Below are positions 40,994 to 51,736 of a stretch of DNA of 64,000 nt, one piece after another. Positions within the stretch are counted from its first letter, which is position 1; each line of letters opens with the position of its first letter. The notes below the pieces were generated by a model that saw only the letters and a program-made list of their open reading frames with translations, made no database searches and was not told the DNA's origin. The stretch comes from an uncultured Methanospirillum sp. (GTDB lineage Archaea > Halobacteriota > Methanomicrobia > Methanomicrobiales > Methanospirillaceae). The translations under genes and the position numbers were made by a program. Location of the stretch: the NCBI GenBank assembly GCA_964637135.1, contig CAZWTX010000003.1, positions 1-64,000 on the forward strand, read 5' to 3'.

Positions 40994-41983
40994 ATGATAC
41001 TTCGCGGGTGGGTAGAAAAAGGGGGATTCCTTCTTACCCCTGATGAGGTCAGGATGACCGTAGAACAGAGACCTGAAGATATTTCAGCCTTTGGAGGGGA
41101 ATTCTTCATCTCATGGCAATCCTGCTGCGCACGGGATCACCTTGGTGTCATACCCGGCCCGGTTCCGCCCGGAACGATCTGGTGCCAGGAGAAAAAGATC
41201 GGGGAAATCCACCCTGATGTGGACAAGAGCGACCTTGAGACGGCCATCAGGACGGCAGTCAGGCTGCGTTCAACAGAAGGGGTAACCGCATTATCAGGCG
41301 GGGTCGACTCAGCACTCGTCGCGGCCCTGGCAGGATGCCCGGCTCTCGTGGTTGGCATGGAGGGATCCCATGACGTGAAGCATGCCCGGTACGTTGCCGG
41401 CTGCCTTGGTCTCACCCTCCATACCAGAATCGTCACGCCGCAGGATATCGCCGATGCCCTGCCTGTCGTCACCGGACTGATCACTGATCCCACCCCGGTG
41501 GATATTGCAATCGGAACCACCCTGTTCTTTGTCGCTGAAACCGCCCGTTCACTCGGATACACCCGTATCCTCACCGGTCAGGGAGCTGATGAGATCTTCG
41601 GCGGGTATGCACGGTATGCCGGGAAGACTCCCGGAGAACTGGATGAATTGTTTGCTGCGGATTTTGCCTCATTAAACCGTCAGGGAGCCAGGGATCAGGC
41701 GATAGCAGGACATCATCAGACTTATCTCTCCATGCCCTACCTTGACCTGCGGGTCATATGCGCTGTCAGTTCCATACCCCCCGGTGAACGGGTTACCGGA
41801 AATGTCCGGAAAAAACCGCTCAGGGACGTTGCACAAAAAATCATCCCTTCTGACATCGCCCTCTACGATAAGAAGGCGATGCAGTACGGAACCGGGATCT
41901 GGAAAGAGATAAAACGGCTTGCGAAGGAGAACGGTTATCAGAACTCTGTATCAGACTTCATAGATACGATCAGGAGGGCATAA
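40994..41983 (+). CDS. Asparagine-synthase C-terminal domain protein with degenerate glutaminase domain
   Basis: LSGGVDS PP-loop, TGQGADEIFGGYARY and KKAMQYG motifs; no N-terminal Cys. Confidence 0.88.
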   Translation: MILRGWVEKGGFLLTPDEVRMTVEQRPEDISAFGGEFFISWQSCCARDHLGVIPGPVPPGTIWCQEKKIGEIHPDVDKSDLETAIRTAVRLRSTEGVTALSGGVDSALVAALAGCPALVVGMEGSHDVKHARYVAGCLGLTLHTRIVTPQDIADALPVVTGLITDPTPVDIAIGTTLFFVAETARSLGYTRILTGQGADEIFGGYARYAGKTPGELDELFAADFASLNRQGARDQAIAGHHQTYLSMPYLDLRVICAVSSIPPGERVTGNVRKKPLRDVAQKIIPSDIALYDKKAMQYGTGIWKEIKRLAKENGYQNSVSDFIDTIRRA

Positions 41984-41990
41984 ATCAGCA

Positions 41991-42257
41991 ATGGTTACCC
42001 AGGAAGATGTCAAAAAGGTCGCGAGACTTGCTGACGTCGGCATCGAGGATGGAGAACTTGATGAATTCACCACCCAGTGTACCCGGATCCTCACCTACTT
42101 TGCAGAACTCGATACGCTCAGCCAGGAACCCCTTCACCGGGAGCAGTTTAATAATCTCAGGGATGATGTGATCGAACCTTCATTTGACCAGGAGGAAGCA
42201 TTACAAAATGCTCCTGAGCGGGAAAACGGTTTTTTCAAGGCACCGAGGGTGATGTAA
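41991..42257 (+). CDS. gatC: Asp/Glu-tRNA amidotransferase subunit C
   Basis: VKKVARLA, NNLRDD and NAPE..GFFKAPRV motifs. Confidence 0.93.
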   Translation: MVTQEDVKKVARLADVGIEDGELDEFTTQCTRILTYFAELDTLSQEPLHREQFNNLRDDVIEPSFDQEEALQNAPERENGFFKAPRVM

Positions 42258-42258
42258 C

Positions 42259-43554
42259 ATGCCATCCTGTTCATTCAGACCGGATGACCGGTTTCATGCC
42301 TTTCTTACTACTATCCCTGATGCAGAATACACAGATGGTCCCCTTGCCGGAACCCCGGTGGCTATAAAGGATAATATCTCAACAAAAGGTATCGAGACCA
42401 CCTGTGCATCCGCCATACTGAAAGGATATATTCCCCCCTATGATGCCCACGTGGTGACCCTCCTTAAGAATGCAGGGGCTGCCATTGTTGGCAAGACAAA
42501 CATGGACGAGTTCGGGATGGGGACCACCACCGAGAACAGTGCATTCGGTCCGACCCTCAACCCGGTTGATACCGGCAGGGTTCCGGGAGGCTCTTCAGGC
42601 GGATCGGCAGCAGCCATTGCTGCGGGAATGGTGGATATGGCCCTCGGCTCTGACACCGGCGGTTCCATCAGGTGTCCGGCTGCATTCTGCGGAATCGCCG
42701 GGCTGAAACCAACCTATGGCAGGGTTTCGCGATTCGGGCTGATTGCCTATGCAAATTCGCTTGAACAGATCGGGCCGATGGCAAAAGATGTGGAGCATTT
42801 GTCCCGTCTTTTCTCGGTAATATGCGGAAAAGACGACCGTGACTGCACGTCTGTTGATACCGCCTACAAGCATGCCCTTTCAGGGGAAGTCCGCGGTTTG
42901 CGAATCGGCGTGCCGGAAGAATTCTTCGGCCCAGGTGTCGACCCGCGGGTCGCTGAAACCGTGAAAAATTCTCTTGCCACCCTGGAAAACAAGGGTGCCA
43001 TCCTTGTTCCCTGCTCAATGCCATCGATGAAGCATGCCCTTTCCGCATACTATGTCATCTGCACGAGCGAGGCTTCTTCAAACCTGGCACGGTTTGACGG
43101 AGTCAGGTACGGACCGGGAAGCGAGGTGAAAAAGACCTGGCACGATGCCTTCTCCGAGCACCGGAAAGATGGATTCGGAATGGAAGTTCGTAGACGTATC
43201 ATCCTTGGAACCTTTTCCCTTGCAGAAGGATACTATGGCCGGTACTACCAGAAGGCACAGATTGCCCGCTCACAGGTACGGAATGACTTTCTGAGACTTT
43301 TTCAGGACGTGGACATCATCGCCGGACCGACGATGCCCTCGGTTGCCTTCCGTCTCCAGGAGAAATCAGATCCCCTGCAGATGTACCTATCAGACATTCT
43401 GACCGTTCCGGCAAACCTGGCCGGGGTTCCGGCAATATCGGTTCCCTGCGGGAAGGTTGATGGCATGCCGGTCGGGCTTCAGCTCATCGGGAACCACTTC
43501 AGGGATGAGCAGGTTATTGATGCTGCCTATGCGTATGAACAGGAGATGGCATAA
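42259..43554 (+). CDS. gatA: Asp/Glu-tRNA amidotransferase subunit A
   Basis: KDN, GKTNMDEF, GGSSGGS and SDTGGSIR amidase signature. Confidence 0.97.
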   Translation: MPSCSFRPDDRFHAFLTTIPDAEYTDGPLAGTPVAIKDNISTKGIETTCASAILKGYIPPYDAHVVTLLKNAGAAIVGKTNMDEFGMGTTTENSAFGPTLNPVDTGRVPGGSSGGSAAAIAAGMVDMALGSDTGGSIRCPAAFCGIAGLKPTYGRVSRFGLIAYANSLEQIGPMAKDVEHLSRLFSVICGKDDRDCTSVDTAYKHALSGEVRGLRIGVPEEFFGPGVDPRVAETVKNSLATLENKGAILVPCSMPSMKHALSAYYVICTSEASSNLARFDGVRYGPGSEVKKTWHDAFSEHRKDGFGMEVRRRIILGTFSLAEGYYGRYYQKAQIARSQVRNDFLRLFQDVDIIAGPTMPSVAFRLQEKSDPLQMYLSDILTVPANLAGVPAISVPCGKVDGMPVGLQLIGNHFRDEQVIDAAYAYEQEMA

Positions 43555-44975
43555 TGGAAGAGGCATCGGTCATCATCGGGCTTGAGATTCACTGCCAGCT
43601 GAATACAAAGAGCAAACTCTTCTGTGGATGTTCAAACGATTTCCGCGATGATGAACCGAACACCCATACCTGTCCGACCTGTCTTGGTCTTCCCGGAAGC
43701 ATGCCGCGGGTGAACAGACTGGCGATCGAGTATGCCCTCAGGGTGGCCAAGGCACTGAACTGCGAAGTCCTCGAGGAATGCGAGTTCTCACGGAAGAATT
43801 ACTTTTATCCTGACCTGAACAAAGCCTACCAGATCACCCAGTACGACAAACCCCTGGCAGTCTGGGGAAAACTCCTGATCGACGGGGACAATGGTGAAAA
43901 AGTGATCCGGATCACCCGGATTCATGTAGAGGAAGATCCCGGACGGTCGGTCCACATGGGGAATGCCGAGCGGGGCAGGTACACCCTGGTCGATTACAAT
44001 CGTGCAGGGGTTCCGTTGATCGAGATCGTGACCGAACCCGATCTCCGGTCCCCAAAGGAAGCACGAAAATTCCTGAACAAACTTCGTGCCACGCTCGAGT
44101 ACCTGGATGTCTTTGACAGTGACAAGGAAGGATCGCTCAGGGTTGATGCCAATATCTCGCTGAAGGGATCAAATCGTGTCGAGGTGAAGAACATCTCCTC
44201 GTACAAAGGAGTGGAGAAGGCCCTCACCTTCGAGGTAACAAGACAGAAGAATATGCTCCGCCGGGGCCAGGAAGTTGTCAGGGAGACCCGGCACTTTGTC
44301 GAGGCACGGGGAGTTACCACCTCCTCCCGGAGCAAGGAGGAGGAGAATGATTACCGGTACTTCCCTGAACCCGATCTCCTCCCGCTCAGGGTCCGAGACT
44401 GGGTTGACGGGATTGTCCTTCCCGAGCTTCCCGATGCTCGACGGGAACGGTTCATGAACCAGTACGGCTGTTCTCTTGAACATGCGAAAACACTCACCGG
44501 TTCACTCAAACTTGCTGAGTTTTATGAAGCGGTGGCACCGGTGGATCCTGCCCTGACCGCAACCTGGACTGCCGATTACCTCCTCGGCGAACTGTATTAC
44601 CGGGACTTTACTATTGAAGCCATGCCAAAAGGACACTTCACCAGCCTGGTTACCCTCATAAAAGCAGACACCATCACTGACAAGACCGGGGTGGAGATCC
44701 TCCGTATCATCCTCGACCAGGTAAAGGCAGGTGAGAGCCCGGAGATGCCAGAGAGCATCGTCAGCAGGCTGGGGCTTGCTAAAACCGGCGGAGACCAGGT
44801 ATCATCCTTCATTGAAGAGGCGATCCGTGAGAATCCGCAGGCTGTTGATGATTATAAGAACGGCAAGGGACCGGCACTCAACTTCCTTGTCGGCCAGGTC
44901 ATGAAAAAATGTCGTGGACGAGCTGATCCCGGGGATCTGAATGCCCGGCTGAGGGATCTACTGGACAGGATGTGA
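43554..44975 (+). CDS. gatB: Asp/Glu-tRNA amidotransferase subunit B
   Basis: GLEIH, RKNYFYPD, DYNRAGVPLIEIVTEPD and DYRYFPEPD motifs. Confidence 0.97.
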   Translation: MEEASVIIGLEIHCQLNTKSKLFCGCSNDFRDDEPNTHTCPTCLGLPGSMPRVNRLAIEYALRVAKALNCEVLEECEFSRKNYFYPDLNKAYQITQYDKPLAVWGKLLIDGDNGEKVIRITRIHVEEDPGRSVHMGNAERGRYTLVDYNRAGVPLIEIVTEPDLRSPKEARKFLNKLRATLEYLDVFDSDKEGSLRVDANISLKGSNRVEVKNISSYKGVEKALTFEVTRQKNMLRRGQEVVRETRHFVEARGVTTSSRSKEEENDYRYFPEPDLLPLRVRDWVDGIVLPELPDARRERFMNQYGCSLEHAKTLTGSLKLAEFYEAVAPVDPALTATWTADYLLGELYYRDFTIEAMPKGHFTSLVTLIKADTITDKTGVEILRIILDQVKAGESPEMPESIVSRLGLAKTGGDQVSSFIEEAIRENPQAVDDYKNGKGPALNFLVGQVMKKCRGRADPGDLNARLRDLLDRM

Positions 44976-44985
44976 TGGGAGCGAC

Positions 44986-47781
44986 ATGCATCTGATCATT
45001 GCTGAAAAGAACATTGCTGCCAACCGTATTGCACAGATCCTCGCCGGAAAGGAGAAGATCTCGAACAAGAAAGAAGGCGGGGTCAACCAGTACCAGTTCG
45101 GGGACACCTACACGATCGGGCTTCGTGGTCATGTCGTTGAAGTGGATTTCGTGGAAGGATACACGAACTGGCGTTCAGAGGAACGTCCCCCCCGGTCACT
45201 GATCGATGCCGGAACCCTGAAACGTCCGACTGAACCGGCAATCGTCAAGCTCGTTCAGCGGCTTGCAAAGAAGGCATCGCGGGTCACCATTGCCACTGAT
45301 TTTGATACAGAAGGGGAACTTATCGGAAAAGAGGCCTATGAACTCGTCCGGGCGGTTAACCAGAAGGTACCGGTCGACCGGGCAAAATTCTCAGCGATTA
45401 CAAAGGAAGAGATCGATAAAGCCTTTTCTGAACCTGCCGGAATTGATTTCGATCTCGCTGCCGCCGGGGAAGCCCGCCAGGTTATCGATCTCCTCTGGGG
45501 TGCATCCCTGACACGGTTCATCAGCCTTGCTGCAAAACGGGGAGGTAACAATATCCTCTCGGTGGGGCGTGTCCAGAGCCCCACCCTGGCTATGATCGTG
45601 GATCGCGAGCGGGAGATCGAGTCATTCGTACCCGAGCCATACTGGGAGATCGGGCTGCAGACAGAGAAAGACCAGGAGATCTTTTCAGCCCGGCATGAAC
45701 AGGGGAAATTCACCGATAAGGCCCTTGCAGAGGAGGCATACCGCTCCACAAAAGAACCCCTTACCGTTACGGATGTCAAGGAAGGAAGCAGGATCGACCG
45801 GGCACCGACCCCGTTTGATACCACGTCCTTCATCGTCGCGGCTGCACGGATTGGCCTGAGTGCCGCCAATGCAATGCGGATTGCAGAAGAACTCTACATG
45901 AACGGGTACATCTCGTACCCGAGGACAGACAATACCATCTACCCTCCCTCGCTCAACCTGAATGCAATCCTTGACACCCTTGAAAAAACCCGGTTCTCTT
46001 CAGATGTAACCTGGGTGAAGAAGAACCGCCGGAAATCACCGACACAGGGAAAGAAATCCAGCACCGATCATCCGCCAATCCATCCGACCGGGGCAGCAAC
46101 CCCCGAACAGCTTGGTGACACCTGGAAAGTCTACGAACTCGTGGTCCGCCGGTTCCTTGCGACACTCTCTCCGGATGCAGAGTGGGCAACCATGCGCATC
46201 AGCATGGATGCCTCCGGGCAGCGGTACATCTCGACCGGGAGCCGGATCATGACGCCGGGATGGCGGACCGTGTACCCATACAGCGAGGCAAAGGACTCTA
46301 TACTGCCGGTGGTGAAACCCGGAGAGAGGCTCCCCATCCGTGACCTCGCACTTGAAGAGAAGTTTACTCAGCCGCCACCGAGATACTCACAGAGTAAACT
46401 TATCCAGATCATGGAAGAACTCGGCCTTGGCACCAAGTCTACCCGTCACGAAGTGATCCAGAAACTCATCTCCCGCAAGTATGTCGAGGGAAATCCTCTC
46501 CGGCCAACCCTGGTGGGAAGAGCGGTCACCGAATCACTGGAACTTCATGCATCTGCGATCACCAGTCCAGGCATGACAAGTACCCTCGAAACCGCCATGG
46601 AGGAGATCAAGAAGAAGAAACAGAGCCGCGATGCCGTCGTCACCAATTCCCGACAGATGCTTCACAAGGTCTTTGATGCACTTGAACCGAACGGGGAGGC
46701 GATCGGCAGAGAGATCATGGAACAGACCGACGAGGAACTTACCATCGGTCCGTGTCCGGTCTGCGGAAAAGATCTCCGGATCCGCAGGAAAGGGGGATCC
46801 CAGTTCATCGGGTGCAACGGGTACCCTGATTGCACGTTCAATCTCTCCCTTCCGGGAAGCATGTGGGGATCAGCTATCCGGACAAAGAACTTCTGCGAAA
46901 CGCACCGGCTCTCCCATGTTATTCTCGTTGCGAAGGGGGCGAGACCCTGGGAAATTGGATGTCCGCTTTGCGCACAGATAGCCCAGCAGAAAGAGTTCTA
47001 TGCCCTGATGCCGTCTCTCACCGGACAATTGCAGGAAGCGCTGATACAGGCAAAAATATTCTCCGTTGTTGAACTTACCAGGATAGACCCGGCCGATCTT
47101 GCAAGGAGGATATCATGTACCCCTGACCAGGCAACCCGTATCGTCTCCGAAGCAGGCAGGGTTTTGGAACTGCTCCGAAAACGTTCAGAATGTAAGAAGT
47201 TCATGAAGCAGTTCGTCCCCCCGAAGAGGGGAAGAAGCCATACCAAGGTCATGACCGCTTTTACCCAGGCCGGAATCAACAGTATCGAGGAGATTGCACG
47301 GTCAAATCTCTCCGCTCTGAAAAAAGCAGGGCTGAACGATGATGAGGCACAGGCATTGCTTTCCCAGTCTATTGCCCTGATCAGCCGGAACGAAATGAAA
47401 GAGATCGGGGTTTCAGCCGTCAGCCTGAAAAAATACCAGGAATCAGGTTTTCTCACCGTTGAAGATCTTGCATCAGCCCACCCCGCATATATCAGCCACC
47501 GCACTGGAGTCTCAATAGAGACGGTAACAAAGCATCTTGCCATGATCGCAGAGGCTCTCAACAAACCGGTCCCTGAAAAGATCTCGAAGAAGACCTTTGA
47601 GAAAGGAAGGGAGGAGCTACTTGCCGTGAAGGGACTGGATGAAGAACATCTTCAAAAACTCTATAAGACCGGAATATATGACAAAAAAACGCTCCTTCAG
47701 GCAAATCCTGAAACCGTGGCAAAAGAGGTGGGAATTCCCAGGGACAAATTTTCCCGGATAAAGGCTGCCCTTGCCTCCTGA
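44986..47781 (+). CDS. topA: Type IA DNA topoisomerase with Zn ribbons and a C-terminal HhH-like extension
   Basis: IAEK, ATDFDTEGE, SVGRVQSP, ISYPRTD and GLGTKSTR motifs; CPVCG. Confidence 0.96.
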   Translation: MHLIIAEKNIAANRIAQILAGKEKISNKKEGGVNQYQFGDTYTIGLRGHVVEVDFVEGYTNWRSEERPPRSLIDAGTLKRPTEPAIVKLVQRLAKKASRVTIATDFDTEGELIGKEAYELVRAVNQKVPVDRAKFSAITKEEIDKAFSEPAGIDFDLAAAGEARQVIDLLWGASLTRFISLAAKRGGNNILSVGRVQSPTLAMIVDREREIESFVPEPYWEIGLQTEKDQEIFSARHEQGKFTDKALAEEAYRSTKEPLTVTDVKEGSRIDRAPTPFDTTSFIVAAARIGLSAANAMRIAEELYMNGYISYPRTDNTIYPPSLNLNAILDTLEKTRFSSDVTWVKKNRRKSPTQGKKSSTDHPPIHPTGAATPEQLGDTWKVYELVVRRFLATLSPDAEWATMRISMDASGQRYISTGSRIMTPGWRTVYPYSEAKDSILPVVKPGERLPIRDLALEEKFTQPPPRYSQSKLIQIMEELGLGTKSTRHEVIQKLISRKYVEGNPLRPTLVGRAVTESLELHASAITSPGMTSTLETAMEEIKKKKQSRDAVVTNSRQMLHKVFDALEPNGEAIGREIMEQTDEELTIGPCPVCGKDLRIRRKGGSQFIGCNGYPDCTFNLSLPGSMWGSAIRTKNFCETHRLSHVILVAKGARPWEIGCPLCAQIAQQKEFYALMPSLTGQLQEALIQAKIFSVVELTRIDPADLARRISCTPDQATRIVSEAGRVLELLRKRSECKKFMKQFVPPKRGRSHTKVMTAFTQAGINSIEEIARSNLSALKKAGLNDDEAQALLSQSIALISRNEMKEIGVSAVSLKKYQESGFLTVEDLASAHPAYISHRTGVSIETVTKHLAMIAEALNKPVPEKISKKTFEKGREELLAVKGLDEEHLQKLYKTGIYDKKTLLQANPETVAKEVGIPRDKFSRIKAALAS

Positions 47782-47840
47782 TTTACGAATCATTTTTCTC
47801 TCCGTACGGTAAGCTGTACCAGGATCTGAGGCATCGACTC

Positions 47841-48527
47841 ATGCATACGAAATGGAAAACCTGGGCCCATGTAACAAAACTTGACCCGGATAAAATCCTC
47901 ACCGAGGAATCAATTGCAGAGATTGCAACGAGTGGAACCGATGCCCTGATGCTCTCCGGGACGCTCAATATCACCCGTGAGAACATGACCGCTCTCCGTG
48001 ACCAAGTCAGGGAATACGGACTGCCACTCGTGGTCGAACCGGCAGGTCCGGAATCTGTTGTCCTTGACGGTGTCGACCTCCTCTATATCGCCAGCGTGAT
48101 GAACACGGCTGACATCAGGTGGGTGGTCGGCAAGCACAAACAGTGGGCAATGTCAGGCACAATTCCCTGGGAAATGGTCATTCCAGAAGCATACATCGTC
48201 CTTAATCCCGCTTCCTCGGTAGGAAAAGTAACCGGGGCAGACTGTTCCATATCAGCTGAAGAAGTGGCAGCATATGCAGAAATCGCTGACCATTATTTCC
48301 AGTTTCCCATCGTGTACATCGAGTATTCAGGCACATACGGGGATCCGGAAATGGTGAGGGCTGCTGCAGATGCCATGGATAACGGAGTGCTCTATTATGG
48401 GGGGGGCATCGACTCCGGAGAAAAGGCAGCAGAGATGGCAAAATATGCTGACACCATCGTCGTAGGAAATGCAGTCTACGAAAAGGGAGTAAAAACCCTG
48501 ATCGAGACGGTGCAGGCCATCCAGTAA
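47841..48527 (+). CDS. Geranylgeranylglyceryl phosphate synthase (PcrB-like group I)
   Basis: HVTKLDPDK, EAYIVLNP, YIEYSG, YGGGI and VVGN motifs. Confidence 0.92.
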   Translation: MHTKWKTWAHVTKLDPDKILTEESIAEIATSGTDALMLSGTLNITRENMTALRDQVREYGLPLVVEPAGPESVVLDGVDLLYIASVMNTADIRWVVGKHKQWAMSGTIPWEMVIPEAYIVLNPASSVGKVTGADCSISAEEVAAYAEIADHYFQFPIVYIEYSGTYGDPEMVRAAADAMDNGVLYYGGGIDSGEKAAEMAKYADTIVVGNAVYEKGVKTLIETVQAIQ

Positions 48528-48536
48528 TTTTTTTGT

Positions 48537-49307
48537 ATGCCCTCTGTCAGAATCGTTCTTGTGGAGCCTCTATATGAGGGAAATGTCGGATTTGCCGCAC
48601 GGGTGATGAAAAATTTCGGGTTCACATCCCTCGTCCTGATCAATCCGTGCAGCCTGGGAATGGAAGCACAGGCACGGGCATCACATGCAAAGGACGTCCT
48701 TGATCAGGCGCAGATATTACCTCTCGAGGAAGTTTTCAGGACCTCGAACATCGTCATTGCCACCACCGGAGCACTCTCCAAGTCTGCCTGCCATCCGACA
48801 CGGATGCCGTTTTACTCACCGAAAGAACTGAGAGAGATCATAGGCACCGTGGATGGGACAGTATCCATTCTCTTCGGAAGAGAGAACTGGGGGTTGAACA
48901 ACGAGGAGGTCGCACGTGCCGACATCATCTGCACTATCCCCTCATCCCCGGAATATCCCATCGTGAACATGTCCCATGCGGTGGGCATCCTCTGTTATGA
49001 ACTGGCAAACCTCCCGAAAGGGGATATCCCGGTTGCATCTCCGGAAGAGATGGAACATCTCTATCTCCACATCGATCAGTACCTGGACATGGTCGATCAT
49101 CCGTGTTTCAAACGGGAGACAACAATGACCCTTATCCGGCGGATCCTCGGGAGATGTAACCTGACCTGGCGTGAGTGCACCACGATTCATGGTCTTCTCC
49201 GTAGGTCTGAGTGGCATTTCAGTCCCCGCGATCCTTCCCCCGGGGAGGACAAAGAGGCCGGAAATATATACCATCCCGGGGAAACCGGTACGCATGATTC
49301 TGGTTGA
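48537..49307 (+). CDS. trmJ: TrmJ-type SPOUT tRNA methyltransferase
   Basis: [25 protein letters not shown] and [10 protein letters not shown] motifs. Confidence 0.92.
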   Translation: MPSVRIVLVEPLYEGNVGFAARVMKNFGFTSLVLINPCSLGMEAQARASHAKDVLDQAQILPLEEVFRTSNIVIATTGALSKSACHPTRMPFYSPKELREIIGTVDGTVSILFGRENWGLNNEEVARADIICTIPSSPEYPIVNMSHAVGILCYELANLPKGDIPVASPEEMEHLYLHIDQYLDMVDHPCFKRETTMTLIRRILGRCNLTWRECTTIHGLLRRSEWHFSPRDPSPGEDKEAGNIYHPGETGTHDSG

Positions 49308-49851
49308 CTGGCAGATCCGGGATCGGATCAACCGGGGGTTCATCGAGATCGATCCCTTCGAACCTGATCTGATCCAACCAAATTCCCTTGACATCAGGCT
49401 CGGAAACCACTTTATCTGGTACAATCACAGCGATGCAGTTATCGATCCCTTTGAACGGGATTCGGTGACTACCGGGACCAGTGAGATGACTACCGACAGT
49501 ATCGTTCTCCAGCCAGGTCAGTTCGTGCTTGCCGAGACATATGAGGTCATCGCCCTCCCGGACAACGTGGTTGCTAGTATCGAAGGAAAGAGTAGTATTG
49601 CACGGCTCGGTGTCGAGCTGCACCAGACGGGGGGGTGGATAGATGCCGGTTTTAAGGGAAGTATCACCCTTGAGATGTGTAATGTCAACCACCGGCCGGT
49701 CAGGATGCATGCCGGAATGCCGGTAGGACAACTGGTTTTCTACACTACTGAACGTGCAGAATGTCCATATAATGCTAAGGGAGATGCAAAATACCAGAAC
49801 CAGCGCCAGGCAACCCTCTCCCGGTATTATGAAAACCGCCGGCAGCGGTGA
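49294..49851 (+). CDS. dcd: dCTP deaminase
   Basis: [20 protein letters not shown] and [12 protein letters not shown] motifs. Confidence 0.95.
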   Translation: MILVDWQIRDRINRGFIEIDPFEPDLIQPNSLDIRLGNHFIWYNHSDAVIDPFERDSVTTGTSEMTTDSIVLQPGQFVLAETYEVIALPDNVVASIEGKSSIARLGVELHQTGGWIDAGFKGSITLEMCNVNHRPVRMHAGMPVGQLVFYTTERAECPYNAKGDAKYQNQRQATLSRYYENRRQR

Positions 49852-49903
49852 TTATATGGATACGTGGTCAATAGATATGGATATTGTACCGGAGTCATAA
49901 TTC

Positions 49904-51736
49904 ATGCGTCTTCTTTTGATCCATTCAGATTATATCGAATATGAAGCGAAGAAAAAAACCAAATTCGCTGAAGAGAACTGCATTCCGAAAGATGAATTCA
50001 AAGAATCTCTCGTAGCATTCTGTGCAGTCGAAGCTCCGGATGAGGAAGGAATCGAGGATGTAATAACCCAGACGATCAGCGAGATCGACTCGGTTTCCGG
50101 ACAGATTGAGTGTCGCCGGGTGATGGTATACCCGTATGCCCACCTGTCAAGTGATCTCTCGTCACCGGAGACCGCGGTTACTGCCCTCCGGCTCCTCGAA
50201 GATACCCTGAAAGAAAAGGGGTATGAGGTGAAACGTGCACCTTTCGGCTGGTATAAATCCTTTAAAATATCCTGCAAGGGTCACCCGCTCAGTGAACTCT
50301 CCCGTTCAATATCTCCGTCTGAAGACCTCGCCAAACCGGAGAAGAAACATATCGAGCATACCTTCTTCGTCATGACGCCTGACGGAACCCGGCACGACTA
50401 CCAGGAATTCCTCGACGAATCACCATTTGCTGCGCTTATCAGGAAAGAGATCGGCATTGCAGTCCCGGTGGGAGGAGAGCCGGTTCATGTCGACCTGATG
50501 CGGTCCAAGGAGTTCGTTGATTATGAACCGGTAAGTGATGTCGGCCATCTCCGCTGGATGCCACGGGGCAAACTTGTCAGGGATCTCCTTGCCGATTACG
50601 CACTCTCTCTCGTCCTTGAGTACGGTGCCAGCCCGGTTGAGACGCCGGTGATGTATGACCTCGCCGACAAGGCAATCTACGAGCATGCAGATAAATTCGG
50701 TGAGCGGCAGTACCGGTTCAAGAGCGGGAACCGGAGCATGATGCTCAGGTTTGCAGCCTGTTTTGGGATGTTCACGATCATGCGGAACATGCACATCTCG
50801 CCAAACCAGCTCCCGATGAAGATGTACGAACTCTCTACCTATTCGTTCAGACATGAACAGAAGGGAGAAGTCATCGGACTCAAACGGCTCAGGGCCTTTA
50901 CCATGCCGGATATGCACAGTCTCTGCATGGACATGGCCGATGCACTCAGGTGTTTTGAAGAACAGACGGCAATCGGGTGGCAGACCGGCAGGGACTTCGG
51001 GACACAACTCGTTGCCGTCTTCAGGTGTACGCAGGAGTTTTACCGCGAAAACGAGGACTGGATCAAGAAGATCGTCTCCCTCTCGGGAGGCCCGATGCTC
51101 ATCGAGACCCTCTCTGACCGGGTGCATTACTGGATCGCAAAGATTGACCTGGCGGCAATCGACGGTCAGAACCGCCCGATTGAGAACCCGACCGTCCAGA
51201 TCGATGTGGAAAGTGCAAAACGGTTTGGCATCAGTTACCACCTGAACGACGGGACAAAGGTTCATCCACCGATTCTTCATTGTTCCCCGACCGGAAGTGT
51301 TGAGCGGGTCTTCTGTGCCATTCTTGAGAATACCGTCAACCAGACGGTGGCCAGGCTCCCGACCTGGCTCTCACCCACACAGGCCCGGATTATACCGGTT
51401 GCCGAGCGACACGGTGAGTATGCAGCGGCCCTCATGACGCGGATGAATGCCGCACGGATTCGGACCGATCTTGATGACCGCGAGGAATCAGTCGGGAAAA
51501 AGGTCAGGGAAGCCGGAATGGACTGGATCCCTTACGTCATCGTCATCGGAGACACCGAGATGGAATCCGGGAACCTGACCATCACCATCAGGGCAAAATC
51601 AGAACCAAATAAACCCTTCAAGGTTTCCTGTACCGAGAAGGAACTGGCAGGCATGGTACAGGAAGAACTTACCGGAAAACCATTCCGCCCCCTGTATACC
51701 CCACGGCTTCTGTCAATGAAGCCCCGGTATATCTGA
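49904..51736 (+). CDS. thrS: Threonine-tRNA ligase, archaeal type
   Basis: YPYAHLS and APFGWYK editing domain; LRFAAC, FRHEQ and ILHCSPTG motifs. Confidence 0.97.
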   Translation: MRLLLIHSDYIEYEAKKKTKFAEENCIPKDEFKESLVAFCAVEAPDEEGIEDVITQTISEIDSVSGQIECRRVMVYPYAHLSSDLSSPETAVTALRLLEDTLKEKGYEVKRAPFGWYKSFKISCKGHPLSELSRSISPSEDLAKPEKKHIEHTFFVMTPDGTRHDYQEFLDESPFAALIRKEIGIAVPVGGEPVHVDLMRSKEFVDYEPVSDVGHLRWMPRGKLVRDLLADYALSLVLEYGASPVETPVMYDLADKAIYEHADKFGERQYRFKSGNRSMMLRFAACFGMFTIMRNMHISPNQLPMKMYELSTYSFRHEQKGEVIGLKRLRAFTMPDMHSLCMDMADALRCFEEQTAIGWQTGRDFGTQLVAVFRCTQEFYRENEDWIKKIVSLSGGPMLIETLSDRVHYWIAKIDLAAIDGQNRPIENPTVQIDVESAKRFGISYHLNDGTKVHPPILHCSPTGSVERVFCAILENTVNQTVARLPTWLSPTQARIIPVAERHGEYAAALMTRMNAARIRTDLDDREESVGKKVREAGMDWIPYVIVIGDTEMESGNLTITIRAKSEPNKPFKVSCTEKELAGMVQEELTGKPFRPLYTPRLLSMKPRYI

